Source of the DNA: Rhizophagus irregularis
Lineage: Eukaryota
Direction: 5' to 3'
DNA length: 64,000 bases
NCBI RefSeq assembly: GCF_026210795.1
Contig: NC_089430.1
Coordinates: 4,836,001-4,900,000 of the forward strand
The notes under the pieces were generated by a model, which saw nothing but the letters and a program-made list of their open reading frames with translations, did not search any database and was not told where the DNA came from. Positions 1 to 13,900 of this stretch are shown here, piece by piece (positions within the stretch are counted from its first letter, which is position 1; each line of letters begins with the position of its first letter). Made by a program: the position numbers and the translations under genes.

Positions 1-196
1 TTAATGGCCGACTGCCGATATTATATCATGTTTATTAATCAATTTATCAGATCATCACATGATAATTATTAGATTAGTGACCGCATGACCTTTATGATTG
101 TAACACAATCAACAAACTTAAAAAACAACATTTCCTTTTAAATTCTTTTAAATTAAAAAAATTTAAAACTTTTTTTCGTTATTTTTAAAAAAAACA

Positions 197-1648
197 ATGT
201 CTCAGCTTCCTGATGATTGCTTGAACGAGATTTTTGAACACTTAGAAGATGACAAATTTACTTTAAATTCATGCATATTAGTTAATCGTTATTGGTGTGA
301 TGCATCTGTGAGAATTTATTGGAGGAATGTTCAGAATTATAGTACTTCGAATTTTAGTACTTTAATTGCTTGCCTTCCAAAAGAATCAAAAGAAATTTTA
401 TATAATAATGGAATTGTTATTTCAACCCCAACTTTAAAATCTCCCATTTTCAATTATGCATCATTTTGTAAAATTCTATCAGTTAATCAAGTTTATAACA
501 AAATTGATAAACTTCTTAAAAATCAACAAAATATTTCACCACAAAATATTAAAAATTATAAACTTATAGTAGCGCAAGAAATATTTCAAATGTTCATGAA
601 AAAAATCTCTTCTTTAAAAAGTTTAACTTTTTATCAATTTCCAAATATGACTTTTAACTTTTATCCTGGAGCAAAAGATTGTTTTAAAAAACTCACAATA
701 TTATGTTGTAGTTCAGCGATTCCAACAGAATTATTTTATCAATTATCTCAAACATGTTATAATATACAATCACTTAATATAGAATTTGATGCAATTATTT
801 CTAATGGAATAGAAGATTTAATTTCTGTTCAAAGAAATTTGAAACTATTTGATATGACACTTTGTCGTGATCTTACATTTGGTGGACCGACAAGTATAAT
901 TTTATCATCATTAATGTCAAAAATTCCTAATACTTTAATTAAATTAAATGTTTATGGAAGAGATAATTATTTTTTATTATCATCTATCGCAAATTTCTCA
1001 AATTTACAAGAACTTAATTTATCATTTGATCATGATGAATATTTTATGAAGTTAGAATATGCCATTTTTCCACAATTAAAAGTTTTAATAATTCCAAAAG
1101 AATATCCAAGAAATGAGTCATTAATAAAATTCTTAGAAATTAATGGGAAAAATTTAAAAGAAATTTATATAAGTGAGGTTACAGGATATAATGATAATTC
1201 ATTAAATTTAGCTATTGCTAAGTTTTGTCCAAATCTTAAAAAACTTTCTGTTGGAATTGAATGTAAAGAATTGGAAACATTAAAAATAATTTTTAATAAT
1301 TGTAAAAATTTAGAAAGTATTAAAATTTGGTGTGGATGGAAATTCTTGAGCGAAAAAGAAGCGTTGGAAACATTTGCGAAATATTCACAAAATATTCATG
1401 AATTGATATTATATCATCAATTTAAAGAACGATTCGAATTACTTCCAGAAGAATTAGAATCTTTTTTTATAAAATGGATAGATCTTAAACCACAAAAATC
1501 ATTTTCATTAGTAGTTGTTAATTACGATGCAAATAGTTTAAATACAAATGATGAAAATATTGAAATAATTAACAAATATATTAAATTAGGCGTTATTAAG
1601 AAATTTAAAGTTACAGATTTCAAGGATAAAGAATATAATATATTTTAG
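197..1648 (+). CDS. F-box / leucine-rich-repeat (RNI-like) protein, 483 aa, single exon
   Basis: N-terminal F-box motif (LPDDCLNEIFEHL...LNSCILVNRYWC) followed by LxxLxL repeats (LKSLTF, LQELNL, LKVLII, CPNLKKL, CKNLESI); long uninterrupted ORF. Confidence 0.85.
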   Translation: MSQLPDDCLNEIFEHLEDDKFTLNSCILVNRYWCDASVRIYWRNVQNYSTSNFSTLIACLPKESKEILYNNGIVISTPTLKSPIFNYASFCKILSVNQVYNKIDKLLKNQQNISPQNIKNYKLIVAQEIFQMFMKKISSLKSLTFYQFPNMTFNFYPGAKDCFKKLTILCCSSAIPTELFYQLSQTCYNIQSLNIEFDAIISNGIEDLISVQRNLKLFDMTLCRDLTFGGPTSIILSSLMSKIPNTLIKLNVYGRDNYFLLSSIANFSNLQELNLSFDHDEYFMKLEYAIFPQLKVLIIPKEYPRNESLIKFLEINGKNLKEIYISEVTGYNDNSLNLAIAKFCPNLKKLSVGIECKELETLKIIFNNCKNLESIKIWCGWKFLSEKEALETFAKYSQNIHELILYHQFKERFELLPEELESFFIKWIDLKPQKSFSLVVVNYDANSLNTNDENIEIINKYIKLGVIKKFKVTDFKDKEYNIF

Positions 1649-2878
1649 TTATTGGGTAGGTGGTTGAAATATTACTGAACTTCGAAGTTTCCTAATTTAG
1701 ATTTTGATCAATAAATTGATTATTTTCGAATAATTAATCTATGTCCAGTACCTAATAATTATGTTACTTTTATGTAGACACTCATGATCATGCTTTTATG
1801 CATCATGGTATTGTGAGAATAAATAAACTCATTAATAAATTATTTTAAACTATATTTTTTTCTCTGTCTCTTTTCTTATACTTATCGTTATATATTCAAA
1901 TAAAATGTCTCAAACGAAACAAAAAATTTAAAAAGTAAAAGAAATAAAGTACTACATGCCTTTAATTCATTTTATTTTATTTTGCGTTTTTTGGCCCTTT
2001 TAACATTATCTATATTTTATATTAGAATAACTTGAAAATGACTACTTTTATATGAAAATTGTAAAAAGTTAAAATACAGTCAATGCAACAAATACTTGGA
2101 TGGGTTTGCTAGAAAAGTTTCGAAATGAACAATTATTACACTTATTTTACTAATTAGTAGAATAAAATTGTTCCGATTATTCTGTCAACTCTGTTAAAGC
2201 TTTTTTTACAGCTATTAACCTCGCAAATATTGATTTGTATAATGACATTTATTTTAACGGTATAAGATAAATAGCAGATGGAAAGATAAAATATCTTTAT
2301 TACCCATTCTGCGCTATACACATTGCCAAACCGCCTTTGCTTATATGTGTGTTTAATAATTCTGCGCTTTCTATATATAAATATGATACTATTTATGAAA
2401 GAGATGACGGGACAATTAAAGATGTAATTATGATTCCATACATTTTGGCTAATTATAGTGTTAATAATGTATAGTACGGCATGATTTTCACAAAAATAAA
2501 AGAGATATGCAAAATGATCCTAAAAAAAAATTTGTAATTCTGGCCAGAATTAAAGCATGATTAATTATAATAGATAATTTTAAAAAAACGAGATGTAAAT
2601 ATTATCAAAATTTATCGTATAAAATAATCATATCACATTATTGATTTGCAAAAAAAAATATATTTAGACATTTAATTAATAAATAATTATTGATATAATT
2701 GATATTTTAACGGTTGTTGATTTTTTTCAATAATATTTAATAGTTATTCGGCACGAAGGGTAAATCAAGTTTGATTGGTTGATCCGGGTTCCGCAGGAGC
2801 CCGAGATCAACTGATCAAACTTGATTCCCAATATAACAAGCTACTTTTAGTTATTCGGTTCGAAGTGCCGAATAAGTG

Positions 2879-3028
2879 ATTTATCCGGTATCCCGTGATT
2901 TGATATTGCCTGATACACGAATTTTTGCCTGATACACGATTTTTTTTGCCTGATACACGAATTTTTCCTGATACACGATTTATTATAACCATTTTTAATT
3001 ATAAAAAATCACGTGATACCGGATAAAT
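2879..3028. repeat. Small inverted-repeat-bounded element with internal direct repeats (MITE-like relic)
   Basis: atttatccggtatc(c)cgtgattt at 2879 pairs with aaatcacg(t)gataccggataaat ending at 3028; four internal copies of cctgatacacga. No TSD found. Confidence 0.4.
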
Positions 3029-4837
3029 ATAATTATCAAAAATTTGAAGAACAGTAAAATTTTACTTTATAAAATTACAAAATTCCTAAAATTTATATTA
3101 AACCTTATATATCTTCCAATTCTTCTATAAATTTTAATTTACTTTCAATGAACAAATCTTCATATTTTTGAATTTCAATATTATATAACTCGAATTCTTT
3201 CACTTCTTTCAATAAAGCCAATAATTCTTTATTACAATAGTTTTTATTTTTATTAACTAATTCACTGTTAATTGCATTAATAATAGTTAATAATAGCAAA
3301 ATATTTGATTTTTTCTTTCATAATATGTTCTTTATATAGGATAAAATGATATTTTGAGCTTCCTTATTATTACCTGCCCCCGTACAATCCGATATTAAGA
3401 AAAAAAATCTGTAAAGGTAGTAAAAAAAATTATGAATCTGTCTAGTGGTTAGGAGAATCTATTTAGACGATATTTACTACAAGTATTTTTTTAAAAAAAT
3501 ACAATACTTTACTATGGTTGAAAAAAATTCGGCGATGTTTAGATTACCCTCCTTGCATAAATAATTGAATTGTGTAACAAAAACGCGTGATGTGTCTGCA
3601 CCTGATCTAAATAGATGGTTAATAAATTTTGATTGGAAGATGTAAAAATAATTGTAAATGTGTTTTAATACGATGTAATCGATGTATGTATGTTTTAAAT
3701 AAATTATAATGCAAAATCTTTATAATGCTAATGAAAAAAAAAAGTTTATTTTCTTTTTAATCATCATTTTCGGCCATTCCTAGTATCCTCTTGAGATGAT
3801 GCAATCAGACGCAGCAGATCGCATTGCTAAAGTTATCCTTTTATTTTTCCTTTAAATACCTTTTCTTACTGGTAGTTCTTATAGACTAAATTTTTTTTAA
3901 AAAAATATTTTTTTATTCTTTCAGTTTTTTTTTAACCCGAAAAATTTTTTTTATTTCTTATTTCAATTTTTTTTGTCTAATACTAAAAAATTTTTTTTTA
4001 ATTCTTTTTTATTTTCAGTTTTTTATTTCAATACTAAAAAATAAACTTTTCAATTAATTATTATTATTTTTTTTTTGCTTCAAACCAAAAATTAAATTTT
4101 TCTTTAATCAATTTTTTTTTTCGGGTTTTTTAGTTCCAAAATAAATTTTTTTTAATCAATTATTTTTTTTTATTTTTGGTTTTTAGTTTAATAATCAAAT
4201 ACCAAAAAAATTTTTTTTTTAAATCATTTTTTTTATTTTGGATTGAGTTCAATAATTGGTTTTTTTTTATTTTTTTTTACTTTTCACTTATTGTTGAATT
4301 AGATTTTTATTATACATTTTGTTGAATAATGCCTTTTCAGTTTTTTGCTATTATTTTTTTTTATTGTTCATTCATTATTGTAATTTTTTTTAATTATAAA
4401 TTATAAATCAGGTATGTTTCGTATATTACGTATCAATTTTTCTTATAAATATAATGATAAGCTTTTGTTAATGCTGCAATCAAATGACCTTTTCAGGAAA
4501 TATTGTTAAGGTGCCTAAACGAACATAAAAAGTTTATATAAAGTAAGATAAGCCTAAAGGAAAAGGCCATAGGTATAAATTTTTTAGCTACAGCTAGTTA
4601 TTTTTAAATAAGTCAGAATCAAAATTGGACATTGACTTTTCGAAATTGACATAAAATTTGCTTTTTATAAGGTTATTGTCCGAAGCGTAAGCGTAGGACA
4701 CTCTCCAAACCATGCGTGTGTTGTCTGTCTGCACACGTGTATGACCAATAAAATCTTAGGATCAGGTGTAACCTTAGATTTGTTTATGTGTATAACACTT
4801 GTTGTTTATGTCCCCTGATTTAAAATATCTTTTTAAA

Positions 4838-6529
4838 TACCAATACGCCTCAACAAACCAGTGACGAAAGTAGCGGCAGTTTATTATTTTATAGCTTTGT
4901 TCCTAATAAAATGGGCAGGAGCACATACACAATGTATGATAGAAACATTACTTTTTCGTCAAAGAACTGCTGCGGTACAATATGAACAAATCAAAATGCA
5001 GAACGCAGAAATTTTGGAAAATTTCGAGGAGTTGAAAAAAAATATGGCAGAAACTAGTCTGACAAACGGTTTAGTGATACAAGACTTAGAAAATACAATC
5101 AGGAATTTAGAAGCAGACGTCACAGCAAAAGAACGAATAATATTGGAGAAAAGTGAGGCTAACAATATGTTATGGGAAAAAATAAAAGCGCTAGAAACAA
5201 AAGAGGAAAATTTAACGAGTCAAGCGACGAATATGGAAATAGATAACAAGACGCAGAAAAAGAAAAAACGCCCAACAAAAAGAGAAAAAAGGCGCGATCA
5301 ATTGCTAAAACTGGAACGATCACCGACATGGTGATCGACATAGGAGATAAAGATAAAGATCATTTGGAAAAACATTTTGCCGAAAAGTCACGTGATATTA
5401 CGTTTTACGACATACCTGCGTATTGGAGTGATGACGAGATTTTAGGATTATTAAACGCAAATGTGGGAGTAGTTGAATTTATTAGTTTTAAACGTTGTCA
5501 TAAGTATAAGACAGTTAGGACGACGCTGCGCTTCAGCAAAGCTTACGAAAAGATATACAAAGAGGGCGGCGTGAACGTGTCATTAACAAGAAACAACGAC
5601 AGAACATATTACATCAGGATGTTTGATTCACATTTACTATATAGAAAATTTAAGGAAAAGTTCCGTTGGCAAGCGATTAAAAGACTAGAAGACGACGTGC
5701 AGAACGATGATATATTGGTTATAAAAGATATGGTGAAAGCTTTTCACGCTTTCTTTGGAAAAATTATTAGAGTAAAAGGAAACGATTTATTATTTTATAT
5801 TTTAATAAGGTAACAGATTTAATGTCGGCAATTAATAAATCGATAGAGAAGTTCAATACAGAAAGTGGATTATGGATCAAGAAAGAAAATGATTACATCA
5901 ACGAAAAAGGTGAATTACAAGAAGTCGATAGAAGATATACCTACAAGAAAAACGTCTCAAGATCAAATGGTTTTCGTGGAGAGTGGGATCAACAAGGTTT
6001 TTCACATGTATATCCCGCTCGTTCTAGAAGACACAATCAAACGTATTAATATAAATGAGGTAGCGAAGATGTGGATAAAAAACTCCGAAATTGAAAAAAA
6101 ATAGTAAAAATATAAAAATATTAAAAATAGATAAATTTAAAAGAAAAGGTAACGTATGAGACAAGTAGTGGTGATAAATTTTTTTTTTTTATATAGATTT
6201 TTTTTAGCATCATAATAGTTTAGCAATAATATTTTGGCCGTTGTTAGTAAACGACGCAACAATGTAACTAGTCGTTTTTAAATAGCAATAGCCGTTACAA
6301 AGTATAATAGTTTAGTCTAATACATAGTTATAGTGATTTAGTGTTGAATTTCTTTGGTTACGCTTATCCTCGCCTTGGTTAGATAATCCAATGGCTTTGG
6401 TATGGAGAGGCTCATTGTCAGTAGACTTTGAGTTTCAATGTATAAATGTTACAATTTATTATGTATTATGATGCGTTATATTTACTAATAAAATGACTAA
6501 AATACGTTTACCAAAAAAAAAAAAAAAAA
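4838..6529 (+). mobile_element. Non-autonomous non-LTR retro-insertion (ORF1-only), poly(A) tail, 16-bp TSD
   Basis: TSD aaaatatctttttaaa at 4822-4837 and 6530-6545; A-run 6513-6533; AATAAA at 6487-6492; CpG-richer than flanks; no reverse-transcriptase motifs seen. Confidence 0.85.
4936..6049 (+). pseudogene. LINE ORF1-like protein (coiled coil + basic patch + RRM-like region) split by two frameshifts
   Basis: ORFs 4861-5334, 5328-5813 and 5822-6049 join into one ~370-aa frame if one A is added in the A-runs near 5290 and 5781. Heptad-like coiled coil, KKKKRPTKREK, then RDITFYDIPAYWSDDEILGLL (RRM-like). Confidence 0.6.
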
Positions 6530-7952
6530 AAAATATCTTTTTAAAAAAAATTTTTACGCCATTTAATTTATAGTTTAATTTTTATGAGCATGTGATTTAT
6601 GACACTTCGGACGCATCAACGGTTACCGTTTCCTAGTATATACTATACTTTAAAATACACTTATTACTTAATTGGTTTTAACCAAAAATATCTACTTTAA
6701 AGAGATAATATTATAATATTTAATAACGAAATAATATTAATAGAAAATAGTTAAAAAATTCCTGAAAATGTAAAATACGATGGAAAAGATTAAGATGGGG
6801 ATCTTACGGAAAAGAAGTAACTATATATCAACCTCGATATAATTTTTAATCTAAAAGAATTCAACATGATTTATGATTTAAATTTTTTTTAAATTCGCAA
6901 TCATTAATTCCAGATGATGCTGATGATGTTGATTTTAATAAATAATAATCAAACATAGTACTTAACTTCCGAGGAGTTATCGCCGACCATGTGGTAACAA
7001 AATTTTTTTTTAAAAAAAAATGGATTACTCGTTGCGTTTCATTATCTGAGGTATTCTGTTCGTTTTCCTATTGGAAGCAGTGAGATAGCAAACTGAGTTA
7101 ACAGGTAGGTCAGCAGGTAGGTTTGCGTCCCTGGTTAGCAAATACTAGATTACCTTTTGTGCGTGCGAGTGAGCGAGCGAATGAGCGGATAATAACGGCC
7201 ATTTAAAATTAAAAAAAAAAGATTTCTCTATAATAAGCTGGAAAATGGAAATATTAACGGTGGATACACTTTGGGCGTAAAAGCATTTGTCAAAATGTAA
7301 TTAAATAAACAATTCTTATTTATTAGTTACAATCATGCATATAATGAAATTCGTATACATTTTTTTATATGGCCTGATTAGATAGGCTAATAAATCATAT
7401 AAAATCTGAAAATTATATCCTGCCATTATTTAACATGAATTTGCTATAAAATAATTTTAAAAGATTTCAAATTTTACCAAATTTTTAGAATCCTTACACG
7501 TTTTGTATTTGTTTAAAATATTAATAATTTATTTAGACAATAAAAATAAATAAATAAATATATAATTTAGATAACTGATCAATAAAATTTAAAACCCTAT
7601 TTAACGTAATTCTCACTAACTATAAAAAAAAAATTTCCCTTCTATTAGTGAAGTGAAACAAAAAAAAATACTCTATTTCAAAATATTTAACATTACTGTT
7701 TAAAAAAAACAACGTTAAACAGAGTTTTAAATTGTAATGATTTAATAAAAAAAAACAGTTTTCAAAAAAAAGTAATATCTATATATACTAATGATACAAA
7801 TTATTTACATTAGTATTTGTAATATTTGTAACTAACAACTAAAATTAGTTTATGATCTTTGTTCAAAACCTTTTCTGTGCTTATTAAATTCGATATTTTG
7901 AACCTAAAAAATAACAATACAGTATATTGAATATGAATAATAATAAGCAATA

Positions 7953-10900
7953 TTAATTATTAATCGTATTAATATTCAATTGAGACACATCAATATGTAA
8001 AGATTCTATTTAATAAGTAAAAATTTATTAGTATCTTTAAAACTAATTTACGTTTTAAATAATGAAATTATTAAACGGTACCTGAAAATTCCTTGCTAAT
8101 TATATTATCATTTTGATCATAATAACCGTCGGAATTTTTTGGTTCTGGAAGTTTATCAGGATTAAGTAGTTTACTTGTGTAAGTAGCTTCTGAATGTGTA
8201 TTATATGATATTCCTAAATTATTTGAAGTTATATCGCTATTTGGTGAATTATTGTTGATTTCATCTGCTTCCTTAATTTGTGCTTGTAATTCTATTGTTT
8301 GCTTATCATTTGGTTCATATTGCCATCTAAGTAAAATTTTGTATATGTCTTCTGCTATTGGTCGGTTTAACGGATTGGAATCTAAGCATCTTTTAATTAA
8401 GTGCACAATTAATTGTGGTACTTTAATGTTAAACATTGGTCTAAGTCCTTTACAAATTTTGATTCTTAAAATAATATCATGGCTTAAATCATGATATGGT
8501 GGCAATCCAGAAATTACTTCATACATTATTATGCCAAAACTATAAATATCAGCAGCCTTGGAATAATTTTCTCCTCTTAAAATTTCAGGAGCTACATAAG
8601 GTAAAACACCATATGTCTCATTTTTCGTATTTTCTGATGTATAAAAATTTGCAGGCTTACATAATCCCATATCAGTTATGGCCGTTTTATTTTTAAACTT
8701 TAATATATTTCCAATATGTAAATCTTGATGAATTAATCCCTTTTCATGAATACATTTAAGTCCAATAATAGTATAATGTAAATATTTAAACATTTCAATC
8801 CAATTAAGCCTATTATATCCTTTATCTAAATAATTTCGTAAACTTCCATCTTCTGCATATTCTAGGACAATTATATAATTTTTCGTTTTTGGATCCTGAG
8901 TTATTCCATAGAATCTGACAATTGCATTATTATCCATTTTCACTTTATTATGCTGCATGATCTATGATGTAAATACAAAATATATTAATAAAACCAATAA
9001 TCTAGGTATTATGACCAAAAATAATAAATAAATTAATCAAATTATACCTCATTCATAAATCCTAATGTAACATTTTTTGAATTGTCTAAACTTTTCAGAG
9101 CTACAAATATATCTTTATTATATCTTTTCCAATTTTGGTTACTATCATCATCCCAATCAGTTAGATAACCACCAATCCAATTTGCTCTATACACTTTGCC
9201 AAACCCACCTTTTGCAATATATATAATATCATAAAAACTATCATAAGGTATCCATTCTAAAGCATTTGTAAGTAGTTCAATTTTATTATGTATTGATAGC
9301 TGACTGTCTTGAATAAATATATCAATATTATCATTACCACTAGTCCAATTTTCAAAATTTTGTTGAAAATGCATTGCATAACATGTATAATTACATTTTT
9401 CACATATAGTATTATTCAAAACTATCATATAACTTTTTGTTTCTGGATCTTGAGTTATTCCAAAAGGTGTATTGACCTACAAATACAAATATATTAGTAG
9501 AAATTAAAAGCTTCAAAATTTTATTAGTATTTAATTTATTATATATACCTTATCCATAATAAATTTTATTCTAATATTTTTTAAATTACTTAAACTTTTC
9601 AAGATTACACCTTTACTTCCATATCTTTTCCAATTTTTATTTTCATTATCCCAATACTCTAATGTTCCATCAATCCAATTTGCTTTATGCACTTTGCCAA
9701 ACTTATTTATTGTAATATCACACAGTCTATCATAAGGTATCCATTCTAATGCATTTGATATTTCGCTATCTTTATGAGCTGATAACTGAGTATCTTGAAT
9801 AAATTTATCAATATCATTATTACCACTAGTCCAATCTATGAATTTATGTTGAAAGTGTATTGTGTTACATATACTATTACACTCTTTACATTTATTATTC
9901 AAAACCATCATATAATTTTTTGATTCTGGATCTTGAGTTATTCCATAAAATTCATATTCTATTTTAATCTACAAAATGTATTAAATAATACTTAATAAAA
10001 ATTATAATATTTATATTTTACTAAATAAGTTTACCATACCTTGTTTGTAAATTCTATTGTAATATTTTCTGAATTATTTAAACTCTTTAAATTCACAAAT
10101 ATATAACGACCTTCTCTTTCCCAATCTTGATTTTTACTATTCCAATTAGTTATATATCCATCAATCCAATTTGCTCTATACACTTTGCTAAATTCATCAT
10201 CTGCAATATATTTAATATTATATAATCTATCATAAGGTATCCATTCTAACACTTCTTTTACATCTTTATGAGATGATAGTTGAGTATTTTGAATAAGTTT
10301 ATCAACATCATTACTACCACTAGTCCAATCTATGAATTTATACTGAAAGTATATTGTATTACATATACTATTACACTTTTTACAATTATAATTCAAAACC
10401 ATAATGTAATCTTTTGTTTCTGGATCTTGAGTTATTTCAAAAGGTATATTGATCTACAAGTACAAATATATTAGTAAAATTAAAAACTTCAAAATCTTAT
10501 TGGTATTTAATTTATTATACCTCATTTGTAAATTTTATTGTAATATTTTTTGAATTACATAGACTTTTCAGAATTACATCTCCACTTTCACATCTCATCC
10601 AATTTTGATTTGTATTATTCAATTTGTATATTTCTCCATCAATCCAATTTGCTTTATATACTTTACTAAACTTATTTTTTGAAATATCATTCAATCTATC
10701 ATAAGGCATCTGTTCTAATGCATGTTCTTCCAAGTTATAAGTATGTTCTGATAACTCAGTATCTTGAATAAATTTATCAATATCATCATTATCACTAGCC
10801 CAATTTTCAAAATTTTGTTGAAAATGTATTGAATTGCATAGTGCATTACACTTTTTACATTTATTATTCAAAACCATCATATAATTTTTTGTTTCTGGAT

Positions 10901-13900
10901 CTCGAGTTATTCCATAAAATTCATATTCTATTTTAATCTACAAAATGTATTAAATAATACTTAGTAAATTAAAATATTTAAAAATTTTGCTATATAAGTT
11001 TACCATACCTTATTCATAAATTTTATTGTCATATTTTTTGAATTATTTAAACTCTTCAAATTCACAAACATATTACAACCTTCTCTTTTCCAATTTTGAT
11101 ATTTATAATCCCAACCACTTATATTTCCATCAATCCAATTTGATCTATACATTTTGCAAAATTCAACATCTGCAATATATTCAATATTATATAGTCTATC
11201 ATAAGGTATCCATTCTAACATTTCTTTTAAATCTTTATGAGCTGATAACTGAGTATTTTGAATAAATTTATCAATATCATTATTACCACTAGTCCAATCT
11301 ATGAATTTATGTTGAAAGTATATTGCATTACACATTTTACTATCATTACACTTTTCACATTTATTATTCAAAATCATTAAATAACTTTTCGTTTCTGGAT
11401 CTTGAGTTATTCCATAAATTTCATATTTTATTTTAATCTATAAATGCAATAATACTTAGTAGAATTAAAATATTCAAATTTTGCTAAATAAATTTATCAT
11501 ACCTTGTTTGTAAATTCTATTGTAATATTTTCTGAATTATTTAAACTCTTTAAATTCACAAACATATTATGACCTTTTCTTTTCCAATCTTGATTTTTAC
11601 TATTCCAATTAGTTATATATCCATCAATCCAATTTGCTCTATACACTTTGCCAACTTCATCACCTGCAATACTATATTTAATATTATATAATCTATCATA
11701 AGGTATCCATTCTAATACTTCTTTTAAATCATTATGAGATAATAACTGAGTATTTTGAATAAATTTATCAATATCATCATTACCACTAGCCCAATTTATG
11801 AATTTATGTTGAAAGTATATTGTTTTACATATACTATTATTACACTCTTTACATTTATTATTGAAAACCATTACATATTTTTTTGTTTCTGGATCTTGAG
11901 TTATTCCATAAATTTCATATTTTATTTTAATCTACAAAATGTATTAAATACTTAATAAAAATTATAATATTTAAAATTTTACTAAATAAGTTTATCATAC
12001 CTTGTTTGTAAATTCTATTGTAATATTTTCTGAATTATTTAAACTCTTTAAATTCACAAACATATTATGACCTTCTCTTTTCCAATCTTGATATTCAATA
12101 TTCCGATAACTAAAAATATTATATTCCCGATCATCTATATCACTTATTATATATCCATCAATCCAATTTGCTCTATACACTTTGCCAAATTCATCTTCTG
12201 CAATATATTTAATATTATATAATCTATCATAAGGTATCCATTCTAACACTTCTTTTACATCTTTATGAGATGATAGTTGAGTATTTTGAATAAATTTATC
12301 AACATCATTATTACCACTAGTCCAATCTATGAATTTATATTGAAAGTGTATTGTATTACATATACCATTGCACTTTTTACAATTATAATCCAAAACCTTA
12401 ATATAACTTTTTGTTTCTGGATCTTGAGTTATTCCAAAAGGTATATTGACCTATAAATACAAATATGTTAATAGAAATTAAAAACTTCAAAATTTTATTG
12501 GTATTAAATTTATTAATTATTATACCTCATTTGTAAATTCTATTGCAATGTTTTTTAAATTACTTAAACGTTTCAGAATTACACTTTTAATTCCATATCT
12601 TTTCCAATTTTTATTTTCATAATCCCAACTCTCTATTTTTCCATCAATCCAAATTGCTTTATGCACTTTACCAAACTTATCTTTTGCAAAATACTCCAGT
12701 TTATCATAAGGTATCCATTCTAATGCATTTGATATTTCACTGTCTTTATGAGATGATAACTGAGTATCTTGAATAAATTTATCAATATCATTATTACCAC
12801 TAGTCCAATCTATGAATTTATGTTGAAAGTATATTGTATTACACATTTTACTATTACACTTTTCACATTTATTATTCAAAATCATTAAATAATTTTTCGT
12901 TTCTGGATCTTGGGTTATTCCATAAAATTCATATTCTATTTTAATCTATAAATGTAATAATACTTAGTAGAAATTAAAATAATCAGAATTTTGCTAAATA
13001 AATTTATCATACCTTGTTTGTAAATTCTATTGTAATATTTTCTGAATTATTTAAACTCTTTAAATTCACAAACATATTATGACCTTTTCTTTTCCAATCT
13101 TGATTTTTACTATTCCAATTAGTTATATATCCATCAATCCAATTTGCTCTATACACTTTGGCAAATTCATCATCTGCAATATATTTAATATTATATAATC
13201 TATCATAAGGTATCCATTCTAACACTTCTTTTAAATCTTTATGAGATGATATCTGAATATCTTGAATAAATTCATCAATATCATCATTACCACTGGTCCA
13301 ATTTTCAAAATTTTGTTGAAAATATATTGAATTGCATATTTTATTACACTTTTTACATTTTTCGCATTCATTTTTCAAAACTATCATATAATTATCTGTT
13401 TCTGGATCTTGAGTTATTCCAAAAGGTATATTGACCTATAAATACAAATATATTAGTAGAAATTAAAAAATTTCAAAATTTTATTGGTATTAAATTTATT
13501 ATACCTCATTTGTAAATTTTGTTCTAATATTTTTTAAATTACTTGAACTTTTTAGAATTACATCCTTACTTCTATATCTTATCCAATTGTTATTTTTATT
13601 ATCCCAATATTTTATTTCTCCATCGATCCAATTTGCTTTATACACTTTACCAAACTTATTTTTTGCAAAATCATCCAGTCTATCATAAGGTATCCATTCT
13701 AATGCATTTGATATTTCACTATCTTTATGAGCTGATAACTGAGTATCTTGAATAAATTTATCAATATCATTATTACCACTAGTCCAATCTATAAATTTAT
13801 GTTGAAAATGAATTGCATTACATATTTCATTACACGTTTTACATTTATAATTCAAAGCTATCATATAATTTTTTGTTTCTGGATCCTGAGTTATTCCAAG

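Larger units (their letters stand above)
4673..6636 (+). mobile_element. Putative short Helentron/Helitron-type non-autonomous element (~260 bp), interrupted by the retro-insertion
   Basis: 5' tt-attgtccgaagcg...aggaca hairpin; subterminal IR gtccgaag (4678) / cttcggac (6605); tgtctgtctg microsatellite; 3' hairpin acggttaccgt followed by ctag|t (6633-6637). Confidence 0.4.

Noticed and set aside
3105..3299. Short minus-strand ORF
   Set aside because: No recognisable domain, TTG start and an upstream in-frame stop; at most an unassignable gene relic.
6960..7206. GC-richer island possibly encoding a tRNA or other ncRNA
   Set aside because: No cloverleaf or A/B boxes recognised; more likely a repeat relic.
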